The notes: generated from the letters alone by a model not told the origin. Shown: positions 38,608 to 51,783, numbered from the stretch's first letter. The stretch: DNA of 64,000 nucleotides from Felis catus (GCF_018350175.1 NC_058368.1:103728001-103792000); one strand, 5' to 3'. Numbers and translations are program-made.

Positions 38608-40229
38608 GGGACTTACAAAGTTTCAAGGTAAATCTGTAGCTTAAATTGCTGGGGGACTTGGGGAAATAAATTAAAACAAGGAATTTGGAGTATTTTGACC
38701 AATGGCACATCAAAATCTAAGTAGGCACAAGTCAGACTATGAAAAGCCATTATGGCATCCACAAAAATAAAGAAATCTCCTCATAAAAGGAATAAAAGGA
38801 GATCTATCGGTTATGAGAGTCTCAGAAGCCAAAGCTGCAAAATTGATGGGCACAGAATGAGCACTTAAAAGCAGTTAAAGTGCAGGCTACCTGAGTCTAA
38901 GACACCCATACTAGGCTAAGTTGGTCATGGAATGGGTTAGATTGATACTAGGTCACTCATCAATCTCAAGAAAACTTCTGTGGGATGAGGTACGCTGTAA
39001 AATACCACAAAATTCCCAACTCACTGACACATTCCTCTTAGGTATTCATGTAACACCAGAGACCCATGGCTTAGCTGAAGAAATGGAATCCTCAAGTTTC
39101 AAAGAATTAGGTGTGCAATTCCAGTATTTTATTTTATGTCTAAGAACTGTGACCTTGGAGGCTGTAGCTCCAAAAATGGCTAAATCTTCCTAAGACAACT
39201 TAGAATTACAGTGACCATTATGAGGAATGCTCCAATTTGATAAGATTTCCATTTAAGAAGTGTACCTGAAAGTCAGTGTTCCCATATCAAACATAAACAA
39301 TAGGGTATCTATTTTCATTGACATGCAGGACCCTCCAAAAGACTTCAACATTTAAAAACATTTTCCTTGAAAGACTTGCCATAAACTGTGATGAAATTTC
39401 AATTTAATGAAAAATTAGAGACACAGAGGCACCTAAAACGAGAGTGTAAGACTGATGTGGCTCCTATTACTCCCTTCTGTCCTCCTTTACTCCTACTAAG
39501 AGTGTTTAGTCTATGATACTTTGTTTGAAGTGCTGTTCCACTCTGAAGAGACCACAAGACCATAAACCAAAGTCCACCAAGTTAGTGGACTTACAGTCAT
39601 CCCCGTATGGGCCCCTCCCAGGATGGACAAGACTTTGAGGGATTCTCCAGTAAACTGCTACCAGGTATTCCCTTAAAGAGCCACGGTAAAGTTAAAATTA
39701 ATGGAAAACCTTGGCAAATTCTGCTAGATACTAGAGCTCCGCTGTACTTTAAGCCTCACTTGCTCAGGGCCCTGCAGATGGAGTCCTGGGAAAGCTGGCA
39801 AAAGCCAGCAAAGGGTGAGGATTCTTAACAGCTCTCCTGGGTCACTGTCTTTAGTGCCCAATTGAGAGAGGAAGATAAGATGTCACATTGTTCCTTCCTT
39901 TCCAAATCCAAGCCCACAGGTTTTTTTCCATCCGTTTTCTCCCAGGGACAGCAACTGCCTTCTTGTTTGTCTCATTTTGTGTCCTGAGAACTTGTCTTGG
40001 CAACTGTCAGGTTCAGGCCGCAAAAGTATGGCCAGACAGAAATGTGGGTTGCACCCCATTTGTGGCTGGATATAGCCAGACTGTGTGAGTTCACATCATA
40101 AAAATGAAGCAGTTGGATTAACTAATTTTAAATGCCCCTTTCATCTTTAAAATGATTGAACCAGATAAGTTTGAGTGACTTCCCATAGTCCAATTATTAA
40201 GATCAACCCAGAAGCCTAAACTGTTGAAT

Positions 40230-40550
40230 TGGATAGAAACTCTACTTCAAACTAGCTTAAGAAGAAATATATATATATATTGATTTGCTTAATTGAGAAG
40301 ACCAGAAATAATGCTGGCTCCATACATGATTGGATTCAGAGGTCCAGTGATGTCATTAGAACTTGGTTTCTCTCCAGCTCTTGACATTATCTTCCACTGA
40401 GTTGGCTTCTTTCTCCGCCTTTACATAATGGCCCCTGACAGCTCCAGGATCATAATCTCCCAGGATTATGTCCAACTGGGCTATTTTGGCTGCCATATAT
40501 AACCCTGAATCATTGCAGCCTGAGGCTTATGCTCAGTCCTGATTGAATTG
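40230..40550 (-). mobile_element. MLT1K/L-like MaLR LTR
   Basis: cttcaaactagcttaag...gatgtcattag...gttggcttctttctc...cagctccagg matches recalled MLT1 reverse complement. Confidence 0.6.
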
Positions 40551-40599
40551 TGGCCTGCACCCCCATTGCAAAATTTCTGTATTTTCAGCTGAGAGTATT

Positions 40600-41065
40600 G
40601 TAACTAACACAGATTTTGATGTCAGCAAATGCACTACAGAAAACATACTAGTTTAATAGAAGATGAAGCGTTGAGAACAGAGAAGGTCCTACTATTTATT
40701 ATTGCTTTCTGGCAATTTTATCATTCCATATTGAAGGTGTCAGTTAAACTATGGCCTCTATTATGTTGAAACTCAGACAATGTGCCTAACAAGTCTATAG
40801 CAATGAGGGACTTGGTAAGAAACATGTTTGGAGTATTTTTAACATTTCTTAAGAAAATCAACAAAGTCTTACAAGAAAGAGACAAACTGGCTGAATGTGG
40901 CCCATGATAAATACAGAAGAAGAAAAAATAGCTTCATTAAGAAGGGCACTTTCTAGGGACACCTGAGTGGCTCAGTCAGTTAGGCATCTGATTTCGGCTC
41001 AGGTCATGATCTCACAGTTCGTGGGTTCGAGTCCCTATCAAGCTCTGTGCTGAGAGCTCTGTCAG

Positions 41066-41113
<48 letters not shown>

Positions 41114-42150
41114 CCTCCCCTGCTCATGCTCTGTCTCTCTCTTTCTCTCAGAAAATAAACATTAAAAAATTAAAAAAAAAAAAAGAACAAAGGCCCTCTC
41201 TGTATTTCAAAATCATGGAATTTTATAGCTTAAAAAATTAAATTATCTACCTAAGTACAAATGCTAGTAAAAGTTGCGAGGTAAGTGATTTGGAAGTATA
41301 TAAGATTGAAACACAATTAACAAAATGAGATTTAGACAAGTCTTGTTGAGTATTCTCTGCCTAAAAAAGAATACACATATTGGTGTCCATCAACTCAAGG
41401 TTATGGCCTCAAATCTCTTCCAAGGACAAACCGATCGTAGATAGGAGCCATTAAACTAAGATTCTAGGAAAGAGAGACCTGTTGCTAGGAGACCAAAGTC
41501 CCACACTCACAAACCATGACCACACTAAAATCTCCCAGTATGGTACTTGCAGCACAATGAAAATTACTGAGCTTGCCCATCAAGAGCTATGACTTACATC
41601 CCTTCAACACACACTTATAGGAAGTGAGCCACCTAAAGTTGTGTAGTCCCACAATGGGTATCATAGCCAATATTTAGCTCATCTGAAAGGCAATGAAAAG
41701 AGTGATCTTCCTAAGGCAGGACGTGGGGGTGATAGAGAACTGATAAGTGAGTGTATCCAGGAGAGGAAATTTATAGGGTTGCTATATGTAACAAAAGCAG
41801 TCACTACTCTACCCGGTGAGAAAGCTCTCACCATTTCCTGTCAGCAGGTTATGGTTTATGCTGAGTACCAGTGAGCTCTGTGTGCTGCCGCTCTTTTCCA
41901 GATAGACTGTTCATTGCACTTACCCTGTTCTTTTGCCACTACCTTATACAAAATGCGCTGAAGATTGATAATAACTGTGTTTTAGCCTTAATACAATGAG
42001 AAGCTACATCTAGATTTCATGGGAGAAAGAGCAACTCAACCACAGACATAGAACCAAAATACCAGAGACTTTGAGCTGTTCCATTTTGGGGAAGAGTGAA
42101 TGAATGTATATCATGCTGGTGTGAGCATTTTAAGGGTACATATTTATTTG
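40600..42150 (+). mobile_element. MaLR (MLT1) internal region remnant
   Basis: actaacacagattttg LTR/internal-type junction; aaagtcttacaagaaagagac typical of MLT-int. Confidence 0.45.
40957..41185 (+). mobile_element. Can-SINE with expanded (CT)n
   Basis: Consensus head, (CT)n, poly(A). Confidence 0.9.
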
Positions 42151-42259
42151 ACAAGGAGCTAAGTTTGAATGTTGAGCAGTTAAAGGGGAAAACTATATTT
42201 AACATTTGCTTAAATCCTCCACATCCATCCAATCTTTCCCTATTATATAATAGCAATGG

Positions 42260-42692
42260 AGTCTGATTATTGACCCTGTTTCAGAAATAATTCCTGAATT
42301 GTCCAAGTCGGTGGGGGTAATCCCATCTCCCTTACTGGTGATTAGTTCAAAACCCAGGGTCAAGCCAATCAGCAAATTCCTCCTATGCCAATGATTCATT
42401 CAGAGATGAGGGTGTGACCTAAACTGCCTCCATCAGGAGTGAAAATCAGGATTTCTGTTGACTTTTTGGTGGAAAGTTGTTTCCTCTCCCACTGGTCATG
42501 AGTAGGAAGTCAATGAGATGAAACCAAAACAAAAGATGATAGAGTAAAAAGAGGGGGAGTACATCAGTCCCTGATAGCCTTGTTGAACCCTAATCCTGGA
42601 GTCTCTGCTTCTTCAGAATTTGCAGTTACACAAGACTAAAAATGGCATGAAGTCATATTTTTCTTACTTCCACCCCAAACATCCTGGCTAAT
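42260..42692 (+). mobile_element. Old MLT1-type MaLR LTR
   Basis: aagccaatcagc...gggtgtgacctaaactg...ttgcagttacacaag...catcctggctaata. Confidence 0.5.
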
Positions 42693-42718
42693 AGGCTATC
42701 TTGATGCTAATGACACTC

Positions 42719-43194
42719 TGTATCAGATAGGAATTGGAGTCAGCTGCAAGAGACAGAAAGCTGATGAATGCTAGCTTAAACACATGAGAGGTTTGGCTTT
42801 TCTCAGGATACATGACATCTGGGGATAAATAGTCCTGAGTTGACACAGCAACTATATTCCAAGTCTGTTTTATCATTTTGTTCAGCCTTCTTAAACAAGT
42901 ATTTGTCAGCTTATTATCAGAAGTTAGCTGCATCCGTATTTCAATCAAGAAGAAAGAAAAAGGCAAGTAACAAAAGGTCCATGAGTTGTACTCTTTTAGT
43001 TTTCACCTAACAATTTCACAATAATTGCAACAGACATTTTATTGGCCAGAACTGTGTTATGTGACCATCCTATGTGAATGGGAAATACAGTTTTCAGAGC
43101 TGGACATATTTCCACTACTAAACAAATGAGAATCGTAGTCTTAAAGCAGAAGGAAAGAGTGCCATTGGGGAAGCAAACTAGCCATCACTATCAC
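42719..43194 (-). mobile_element. LTR33-like (ERVL) solo LTR
   Basis: tgtatcagataggaa...gctgcaag...gcttaaac...attggccagaactg...ctggacatattt...gcaaactagc. Confidence 0.65.
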
Positions 43195-43492
43195 ACTCCC
43201 AAATTTATGTACCCAGGTCAGACCTCACCTCTGATCTCTTGACTCATTTATCAAATATGTGATTTAAAATCTCCACACTTCTGGGTTCCAGACACCTCAA
43301 ACTGAAATGTAAAACAATAAGCTAGGAATGTCCACACACAATCTGTCCTTCTATAATGGTTAATTTGTTTGTTTCTTTTCTTTTTTCTTTTTTTTTCATA
43401 GGGAAGGCTGACCGGGTTGATTTTGATCTGAAAAATTCATGCATCCCCCCACTTTTGAGGAGTGTCAGCACCCATCAGCAGGCATTAGCTCT

Positions 43493-43921
43493 TACAGTGG
43501 TTAATTTTATGTGTCAACTTGACTGGGCCACAAGGTGCCCAGACATTTGGTCAAACATTATACTAAGTGCCTCTGTGAGAATATTTCTGGATGAGATTAA
43601 CATTTGAATTGGTAGCCTGAATAAACAGGTTGCCCTCCCTCATGTGGGTGGGACTTGTCCAAATCACTTGACAATCTGAATAGAACAAAAAGTCTCGGTC
43701 AGAAGGAACTCCTCTTGCCGGATGCTTGAGCTGGGACCATCGGTCTTTCTGCTCTTAGACTAGAACCTTTACACCATTAGCTGTCTTCAGTCTGGCTTGC
43801 TGACTCCAGAACTTGGCATTTCTCAGCCTCCATAGTTAAATGAGCCCATTGTTTAGAATCAATCTGTCCTCCCCCTCTATCCCCACTCCCTTTCCATATA
43901 CATGGTTCTCTGGAGAACCCT
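43493..43921 (+). mobile_element. MLT2D/MLT2B-like (ERVL) LTR
   Basis: ggttaattttatgtgtcaacttgactgggccac...gatgagattaacatttgaattgg...tctctggagaaccct. Confidence 0.88.
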
Positions 43922-43924
43922 CCT

Positions 43925-45655
43925 CAAGTCATTGCCATCTCAGTGAATGGTACCATCCCTTAGTCATTGAATATCCCTATCATTTACCTAAGTGCACCTA
44001 CAGAAACCTTGAAGTCATTCTCCATTCAACTTTTACACATTCCCTGCATTCCCTGAATTTGTCACCAGGTTGAGTCAGCACTTCCTTCCAGTATATTTCA
44101 TTTTTAAAATAATTCTAAACTTTCTTTTTTTAATATAATTTATTGTCAAATTGGCTTACATACAACACTCAGTGCTCATCCCAAAAAGTGCCCTCCTCAA
44201 TGCCCATCACCCATTTTCCCCTCTCCCCTCACCCCCCATCAACCCTCAGTTTGTTCTCTGTATTTAAGGGTCTCTTATGGTTTGCCTCCTTCCCTCTCTC
44301 TAACTGTTTTTCCCCTTCCCTTCCCCATGGTCTTCTGTTAAGTTTCTGAAGATCCACATATGAGTGAAAACATATGATATCTATCTTTCTCTGACTGACT
44401 TATTTCACTCAGCATAATACCCTCCAGTTCCATCCATGTTGCTGCAAATGGCATGATTTCATACTTTCTCATTGCCAAGTAGTATTCCATGGTATATATA
44501 AACCACATCTTCTTTATCCACTCATCAGTTGTTGGACATTTAGGCTCTTTCCATGATTTGGCTATTGTTGAAAGCTCTGCTATAAACATTGGGGTACATG
44601 TGCCCCTGTGCATCACCACTCCTATATCCCTTGGGTAAATTCCTAGTAGTGCTATTGCTGGGTCATAGGGTAGTTCTGGTTTTTTTATTTTTTGAGGAAC
44701 CTCCACACTGTTTTCCAGAGTGGCTGCACCAGTTTGCATTCCCACCAACAGTGCATGAGGGTTCCTGTTTCTCCACATCCTCACCAGCATATGTAGTTTC
44801 CTGATTTGTTCACTGTAGCCACTCTGACCGGTGTGAGGTGATCTCAGCATGGCTTTGATTTGTATTTACCTGATGAGGAGTGACATTGAGCATCGTTTCA
44901 TGTGTCTGTTGGCCGTCCGGATGTCTTCTTTGGAAAAATGTCTATTCATGTCTTCTGCCCATTTCTTCACTGGATTATTTGTGTTTCCAGTGTCTTCCAG
45001 TGTATTTCAAATCAACCTGCTGTTCTCCATCTCTAACCACCACTCTAGTGAAGTCAGTGGACTCTGGAAATTTCCAACTGATTCTCCTGCTTCCACTCAG
45101 TACTTTTCGATACAATTTGTACGTGGCTTTTACAATGATCTTTGAAGCCATAAATCAAATGTCACTCTCCAGCTCAAAACCCTGTAACCACTTACCATTG
45201 TAATTTGTCTTCCCATGGTCCACAGGGTCTCATAAAGTGGTTCACGTACACCCAACTTGATCACATTCCCTCCTCGCTCACTTTGAGTCACCTCAGGCCT
45301 CTCTCTGTTCCTCAGATACACCAAGCCCTTTCCCCCTCGGCAATTTTGTACTATCTGAATGATCTACCTCTGCTTTTTCATGTGGCTAGTTTATTCTCAT
45401 CACTTAGATCTCCCCAAATTGTCTTTTCCCATCCCCTCCAGGTAATCTTTCATCATTTAATCTTATAGCTTTTCATAATAATTAATCATAATCTGTAATC
45501 CCAATCTATAATTATTTTCATTTTCTGTGTCTCAAGCCCCAACTAAAAATATATGCTCCATCAGGACAAAGAATTCGTCTTTAAAGTTAGTTGATACTTC
45601 TAGGTCCAAGCACAATACTGGTTCTTAACCAATGCTTAAAAAATTTTCTGAGTGA
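43925..45655 (+). mobile_element. L2 remnant interrupted by an L1
   Basis: Pyrimidine-rich cagaaaccttgaagtcattc...atgtcactctccagctcaaaaccct L2-like sequence on both sides of the L1. Confidence 0.55.
44101..44993 (-). mobile_element. 5'-truncated carnivore L1 (ORF2 C-terminus + 3'UTR)
   Basis: ORF 44338-44850 [15 protein letters not shown]...CTPMFIA...WKEPKCP; TSD cttccagt(a/g)tatttca at 44085-44100 and 44994-45009. Confidence 0.94.
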
Positions 45656-46814
45656 TTTCATTCATTCATTCAACAAGTATTTATTGAGGTCTTAGAAGGA
45701 AATGTTCCAGGTACCAGAAATATAGCCGTAAATGAAAGGGCCAGACTTACCACCCTCATGGCATTCACCCTCTAAGGGAGAAGCCAGAGACTAAACAAAT
45801 AGCACGTCAGAAGGAGAATATTTTTTTATGAAAAGCCTATTGGCATTTGTTCAGGATATTTTCTTTCTTAGAAAGACTTTAGATGCCAAGAAAAACACTA
45901 GGAAGTTTGGCATGTACCATCCTTTCCAAATAAACCCTTAGAACATGCAAATGCTGTCATACATCCTGGGAAACTGACTTTTGTGTCAGTTACCCTGATA
46001 CATACACAAGAGGTTAACAGTATCTATGGACTGCTTGGGGGGAGAGGAGTGCTAATCGTTTACTGACTGAGATAGTGATCAGACAGGCAAATATACAATA
46101 GCCAAATTCACTGTGTGGATTCACCATCTTAATTATTCCAAGGCCAAAAAAGCCAACAAGATGGAATGTGATGTGTGGAATACAAATGCCAGAACGCTAA
46201 ACCAGAAGGAGGCTGGAGTTGTGTTGAGAAGAGGAAAACAGAATAAATGGGATAGCAGATTAGATTACTGCCTGTCAGCAAAGCTCATGACAGCACTGGC
46301 CACCAGCTGTGGAAATGCCACAAACGAATGGCATGCCATCCTCAACCATCACGCGCGGCCCTTGCCAAGGCTCCTGTCAACACACAGCTGGGCCTCTCTT
46401 GGCAAAGTGGTTGATGTCCTCTCTCAATTTATTAACAATTGCTTCATTTTGGTTGATTCTAAGGACGAAATCATTCTACCATTTTTCATAGCTGATGAAA
46501 TTAATTGCTGAATTCAGACTTTGGGGGTTATTTTGCCAATAATTTCTTGCCCAGATTTAAGATAATACCCATTTTCAATGTGACTGTTCACAGAGTCGAA
46601 TGATGACTGTGGGTCACACGTTTCAGCCTCAGTATGTTACACACTTTAAGAGGTAGTACTTGGCATGGAGTGAGTGGAAGCCAATGCAAATGGAGGGAAA
46701 TCAAAGCAAATGTTACAAGTAAACAAGAACAGTAATGATAATAATGTTTAAAAAAACTCTCTCTCCCTCTGCCCCTCTCCTGCCTGCTCTCTCTCTCTGT
46801 AAAATAAAAAAAAA

Positions 46815-47027
46815 TTTTTTTACATCTATTCATTTTTGAGAGACAGAGACAGAGCATGAGGGGGGAGAGGCAGAGAGAGAGGGAGACACAGAATCCAAAG
46901 CAGGCCCCAGGCTCTGAGCTGTCTGCACAGAACCTGACCTGGGCCTCAAACTCACGAGCCGTGCAAGATCATGACCTGAACCAAAGTCGGATGCTTAACC
47001 GACAGTCGAGCCATTCAAGCGCCCCCC
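46815..47027 (-). mobile_element. Can-SINE inserted in the tail of a short plus-strand SINE fragment (46757-46810)
   Basis: Reverse complement of consensus; flanked by aaaattttttt. Confidence 0.9.
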
Positions 47028-47057
47028 CCCAAAATTTTTTTTTAATTAAAAAAAAAA

Positions 47058-47260
47058 TGGGCATCTGGGTGGCTCAGTCGGGTAAGCGTCCGACTTCAGC
47101 TCAGGTCATGATCTCGCGGTTTGTGAGTTCGAGCCCCACGTCGGGCTCTGTGCTGACAGCTCAGAGCCTGGAGCCTGCTTGGGATTCTGTGTCTCCCTCT
47201 CTCCCCCTCCTCAGGTCGCACTCTGTCTCTCTCTCTCTCAGAAAATAAACATTAAAAAAA
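47058..47260 (+). mobile_element. Can-SINE (felid type)
   Basis: Consensus head and body. Confidence 0.93.
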
Positions 47261-47459
47261 ATTTTTTTTTAAACAATATTAAGCCAGGAACTTAGTAAGC
47301 ACTTTATTATGCATTATCCCAGGCAGCCCTCACAGTAGTCTTGTGAAATAAGTACAATTATTTTCCCTACTTTACAAGAGCAGGAAACAGGCCAGGATGA
47401 GACACAGCTATCTGAACTGTATATCTATTGTTGTTTTGGAGGAGGCAGCAAAGCAAAGT

Positions 47460-47945
47460 GTTCAATGTTCATAGCATCCTTATTTGAAACTGCAAAGAAA
47501 AGAAAAGAAAAGAAAATGGAAATAATCCAAATGCCCGTCAACAGTAGAACAGTGTGGTACATATACAAAGGAATGGTATTCAGCGATAAAAGGTTATGAA
47601 AGATGATGTTATAAAACAACATGTGTGAATCAAACTAAACATGCTGCATGAAAGAAGACCAAACAGAAAAAAAGAGTACATAAAAGAGGATTCTATTTAT
47701 ACAACATTCTAGGAAATTCCGACTAACACACACCAACGAGAAGCAGATCAGGTGTTGCCCATGAAGGAGAGGAGGATTGCCAAGGACACAAAGAAACCTC
47801 CGGAAGTGTTAAGTGTGTCCATTATCTTGATGGTAGTCGTGGTTTCACAGGTATGTTCATATATCAAAACATCAAATGTTGCCCCATAATGTGAGTAGTG
47901 TATTGGGTGTCTATTATACCTCCATAAAGCTGTTTCTTAAAAACA
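47460..47945 (+). mobile_element. Old L1 (L1MC/ME) 3' end
   Basis: aatgttcatagca...aatccaaatgcccgtcaacagtagaa...ttatacctccataaagctg. Confidence 0.75.
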
Positions 47946-50900
47946 AGCCAAAACTGCCATGAAATGTCCCCGAGCCATGTGCTTCCCATTTCCCTTTGGC
48001 TTTGGATGACTCAAGACAAAAGACATGATCCTGCTCTAATATGGCTGAACCTTGTGACTCTCCAAGAAATACTGGCAAAGATTCTAAAAGGCAGAGCATC
48101 TCAGCATCGGACTTCACCCCAGAGAGCGGTGGAAGAGACTAACGGCATGGAGTACCAGTGCTGAGCCAGATTGTTCTGAGACATGTTTTGCTGGGATTCA
48201 CTGGGAAATTTGCTTTGCTCCTTGCTTCCCTTGGACTGTGCAAGTGTGCCTTCAGTGACTCTCACCGAATTCATAGTTCCCAATTCATCCCGTACCCAGA
48301 AAACCACATGAATCTCAATTACACGCAAGTTCCTTCATGAAATACGTGGAAAGTCAAATTTTAAGAGTCATAAAATCATCATCTTCTAACGTTATCACAC
48401 TATATAGCTCCCTTGATTGCCACTGAGTGTGTAAAAAGAAAATCAGGAGATCTACATCTCATACCAATTTGCAGTGCATTTCCACAATGGCATATGCTGG
48501 GTCACGCTGACACTTAAAAGAGAGAGGGTGGAACGAGCCACAGAGAGGGACTTGCACAGCCTTCGGTTTGCTGAGTCAGGGGCTGTTGAACACCAAGTGT
48601 TGTGGGACCCATCTGTACACACTACAGGGATTTGGAGCTGGGTTAGCTTGGAGGCATTTTACAGAAGCCAAGTGCCTACTTGTTTAAACCCTATTCATTA
48701 CTGCTCTGCTTTTTTCCTATGCAATGCAGCATAATGAGCCTGAAAGTCCATGCTCAGGGCCTAGAGGAGCATAGGAGATGCAAAGAAATGATGAAACAAG
48801 ACAAGATTCTTCCGAAGGAGCTGAAAAAAGACGGTAGCCCTCCCCCACTCCCCTCCACGAAGGAAAGCTCATGCAAAGGTTACTTTCCTTGTGATTAAGA
48901 GTCTACACAATTAAAATTTTTAAGTGGCTGATTGAAGGATAATGTAGCAGATTTTATTCAGCCGAGTATACCTCAAGGGAAATTCAGCTTTCCTTTATTA
49001 CTTCTACCGCATGCATACATTTTCCCTTAGAAATAAAAATTAAACCTTTGCACAATTGCTTCCAAATGCATTTTCTCTTGACTCTAATAATGGTTTTCAT
49101 GAAACATCTGTAGCAAATTTAAATGTTCCTTTTAAAAAATGCATAGAGTTATCAAGAAACTGATGTAAAATATGAAAATATGTAAGGCTGAATAAACATC
49201 CGTTGTTAACCATCCATCTTCTAAGAACCAAAGGGTGCCCACTGCTCCTTGCTATTTATTTACCTTTCAGGTGATTACCACTGTCATAAGCATTCGAGAA
49301 TATATACAGAGGGAGGGGGGATGACAATCTCAAAAACAGTTTATTCTTTCTCTTTTTCACATGCTCACAGTTCCTTACGGTGCCAACGGTAATGAGAAGT
49401 TAAGATGATTTGCTGAAATCCTGAACTTCCTATCTGTTGAGGAGCTTCATTTATTTTTGTAGGCTTTGAAATGTAAACTAAGTAGGAATAAGGGAAGGTC
49501 TGAATGACTGCTGGGAGGTGGTTAGACGTACAATGCCAAGGCTAACATTTGGTGAATACCTCCTACTTCCCGGAGAGTTCACCCTTTAATAGCACCCTGC
49601 TCCATGCACTTGGCATGTTGTCTTTGCCATTTAACAGATACCAAAACTAGGGTTCAGCAAGGGCAAGCCACCTGCCCACAGCCCGGCTAGGCGTTAAGTG
49701 ACAGCGTCAGGAACCAAAGCCAGGTCTTCATGAAAGAAGTTCACATTATTTTCCAAGAGAGAAGAAAAATAAATTATGGAATATTGAACTGAAGCATTCT
49801 AACACTGTCCACTTTCATACAGAAACGTAAGTTTGATTTACCTCAGGGAGACCAACTTTAAAAAAACATACCTCTTTAAGAATAGTTCTATGCCTCAACT
49901 GCTTCTAAGTTCTGCCAAGCTATCTAGTGACACGTGATCTTTTTTGCCTCATCCGACACTTGATGAAGAGCCTACTTGTTACTTTCCTTGCCATTGTGCC
50001 CCTGGAAACCAAGCTTGAGATTTGATTTTTATTCTTTTATTCCGTCCACTATTCCATTATGGATCTGAAAACAACACTTGAAATGTTCACATGTTGAAGA
50101 GGAGTATTTAGATCTAAGAAGATGTCAGCAGGAAAGAGGTTACCACAGTGTATTCAATGACATACAAAATCTCTTCTATAAAGCTCTAGAATTAGCAAGT
50201 CCTTTTGGGTGAACTTTCTTATCCACCTACGCACATTTAATTTTACATCCTCACTACATAATACGTTCATTTATTACACATACCCACTGCACATTTTCTC
50301 ATTTGATGATAAATATAGCACTTATTATTTGGCTCTCCTTCAAATTGGCTTATTGAAGGATGTTTCAAAGTTAATAACTCTATCTGAAATAAGACCTGCT
50401 TACTCACCTAGAAGAAAAAAAACGATACACGTGTGCACATGCATGTACACTCATACATTCCCCAACTTTTGTACCCATGTCCTGATATTATCATGCAGAA
50501 GAAAAATGTTACAAGATTGGGAAGTTTAAAACCCAAAATCATCACCAATACACAGAAATGATGCCATTTATGTGACGTCAACTACCGGCTTAACATTCTT
50601 CCCTGCACTTCATCCTAGATCAATTCACTTAATCCTTACAAAAACCCAAAAAGATAATTCCTCATTATTTTCCCTATTTTACTGATGTTGAAACAGAGCT
50701 AGAGTAATCAGCACAAGACCACCTGTAGGAAATACAGAAAACAAATCAAAACTGAAAGGGACTCGTTCTAGAGTATGAGGGGTTTTTTGTTGTTCCTGTA
50801 ATTTGCTACCGTTCTCACCCACTAGTACGAATATAACCTAGAACTAGTGAAGGCAGCCAATTTTTACAGTAACTAACATTCCTGATGAAGTGGTCTGCGG

Positions 50901-51783
50901 TATTCCAAATCATCAACCTCTAACTGAGCTTTCGTAACCACCTGAGCTTTGGTAACCACCTGGTTATCAGCAGTAACCATCCGAGTGGAATCGTGCAGTA
51001 AGACCTCCTCCCAAAAGTATAAGTAGTATTGAAGTCAAAAAGATAACAAAAATCTGTCTCCTTTAGGTCTCTGTCTACTCAGTGGATTTCATTTTATGCT
51101 TCGGAAATGTACATGCTTACGGACCCCAGATATGAAAGATAATAAGAGAACATTTCTGCTGTGAATTACTTGAAAACATTATTTCTAACAAAGTGTTCCT
51201 TCGGGAAACACAGGAGCTTGCTCATGTCAATCCATCTGGGTTTCAGTCTACCTCAGAAAGGTGATGAACAACTTGAGCCTTTATTTGCTCTGGATAAGTT
51301 GAATCCTTTCAGAGTTAGGCAGTGCCCATAGACTCTCACTGAGATTTTGATGTTCTGAGCAAAACGCAATGGATCCTTTGTGCTCCAGAAAAGAAATTTG
51401 TTATCAGACGTGAGACACCTGGCTACATTTCCTAGACCTCCTTGTTCCCCTGAGAAACTAAGGCTGGAAAAGTTACATTCACAATGTTTTTGTTGCCTAT
51501 AATATTTTACCTCATTGGAAGTTGTCCCACATGAAAAGATTTCTTTTCAAAAAGGTTGTTTATGTCGTGGTTTTCTCATTCTTGAGTACTCACTATGTGC
51601 AAGGTATCACATTAGACACTATAAATAATAAATAACAAGGATATAACAAGAAATCAAACACAGCTTCTTTCTATTGAACTCCAAAATTACATAATTCAGG
51701 ATAAGGGAAACGTTTATATATTAAACATCTGAGCTGGAAGTAAGATTTAAAATTGAATTATCATAGATAGAGAAACTACTTTA

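Larger units (their letters stand above)
34335..40200 (+). mobile_element. ERV1 (MER4/MER34-group-like) internal region, interrupted by the ERV2 provirus; no 3' LTR seen
   Basis: gag-like DNLELQ*PL*G near 39194; protease-like VKINGKPWQILLDTRA (DTG motif mutated) at ~39690-39740. Confidence 0.65.

Noticed and set aside
39190..39740. Possible APOBEC3 hypermutation (Trp>stop, DTG>DTR) in the ERV1
   Set aside because: Too few sites and mixed dinucleotide contexts; needs a consensus alignment.
46113..46511. 132-aa ORF
   Set aside because: Non-ATG start, no recognisable domain or splice structure; treated as non-coding.
50924..50959. 18-bp tandem duplication ctgagcttt(c/g)gtaaccac
   Set aside because: Ordinary slippage duplication; no evidence of function.
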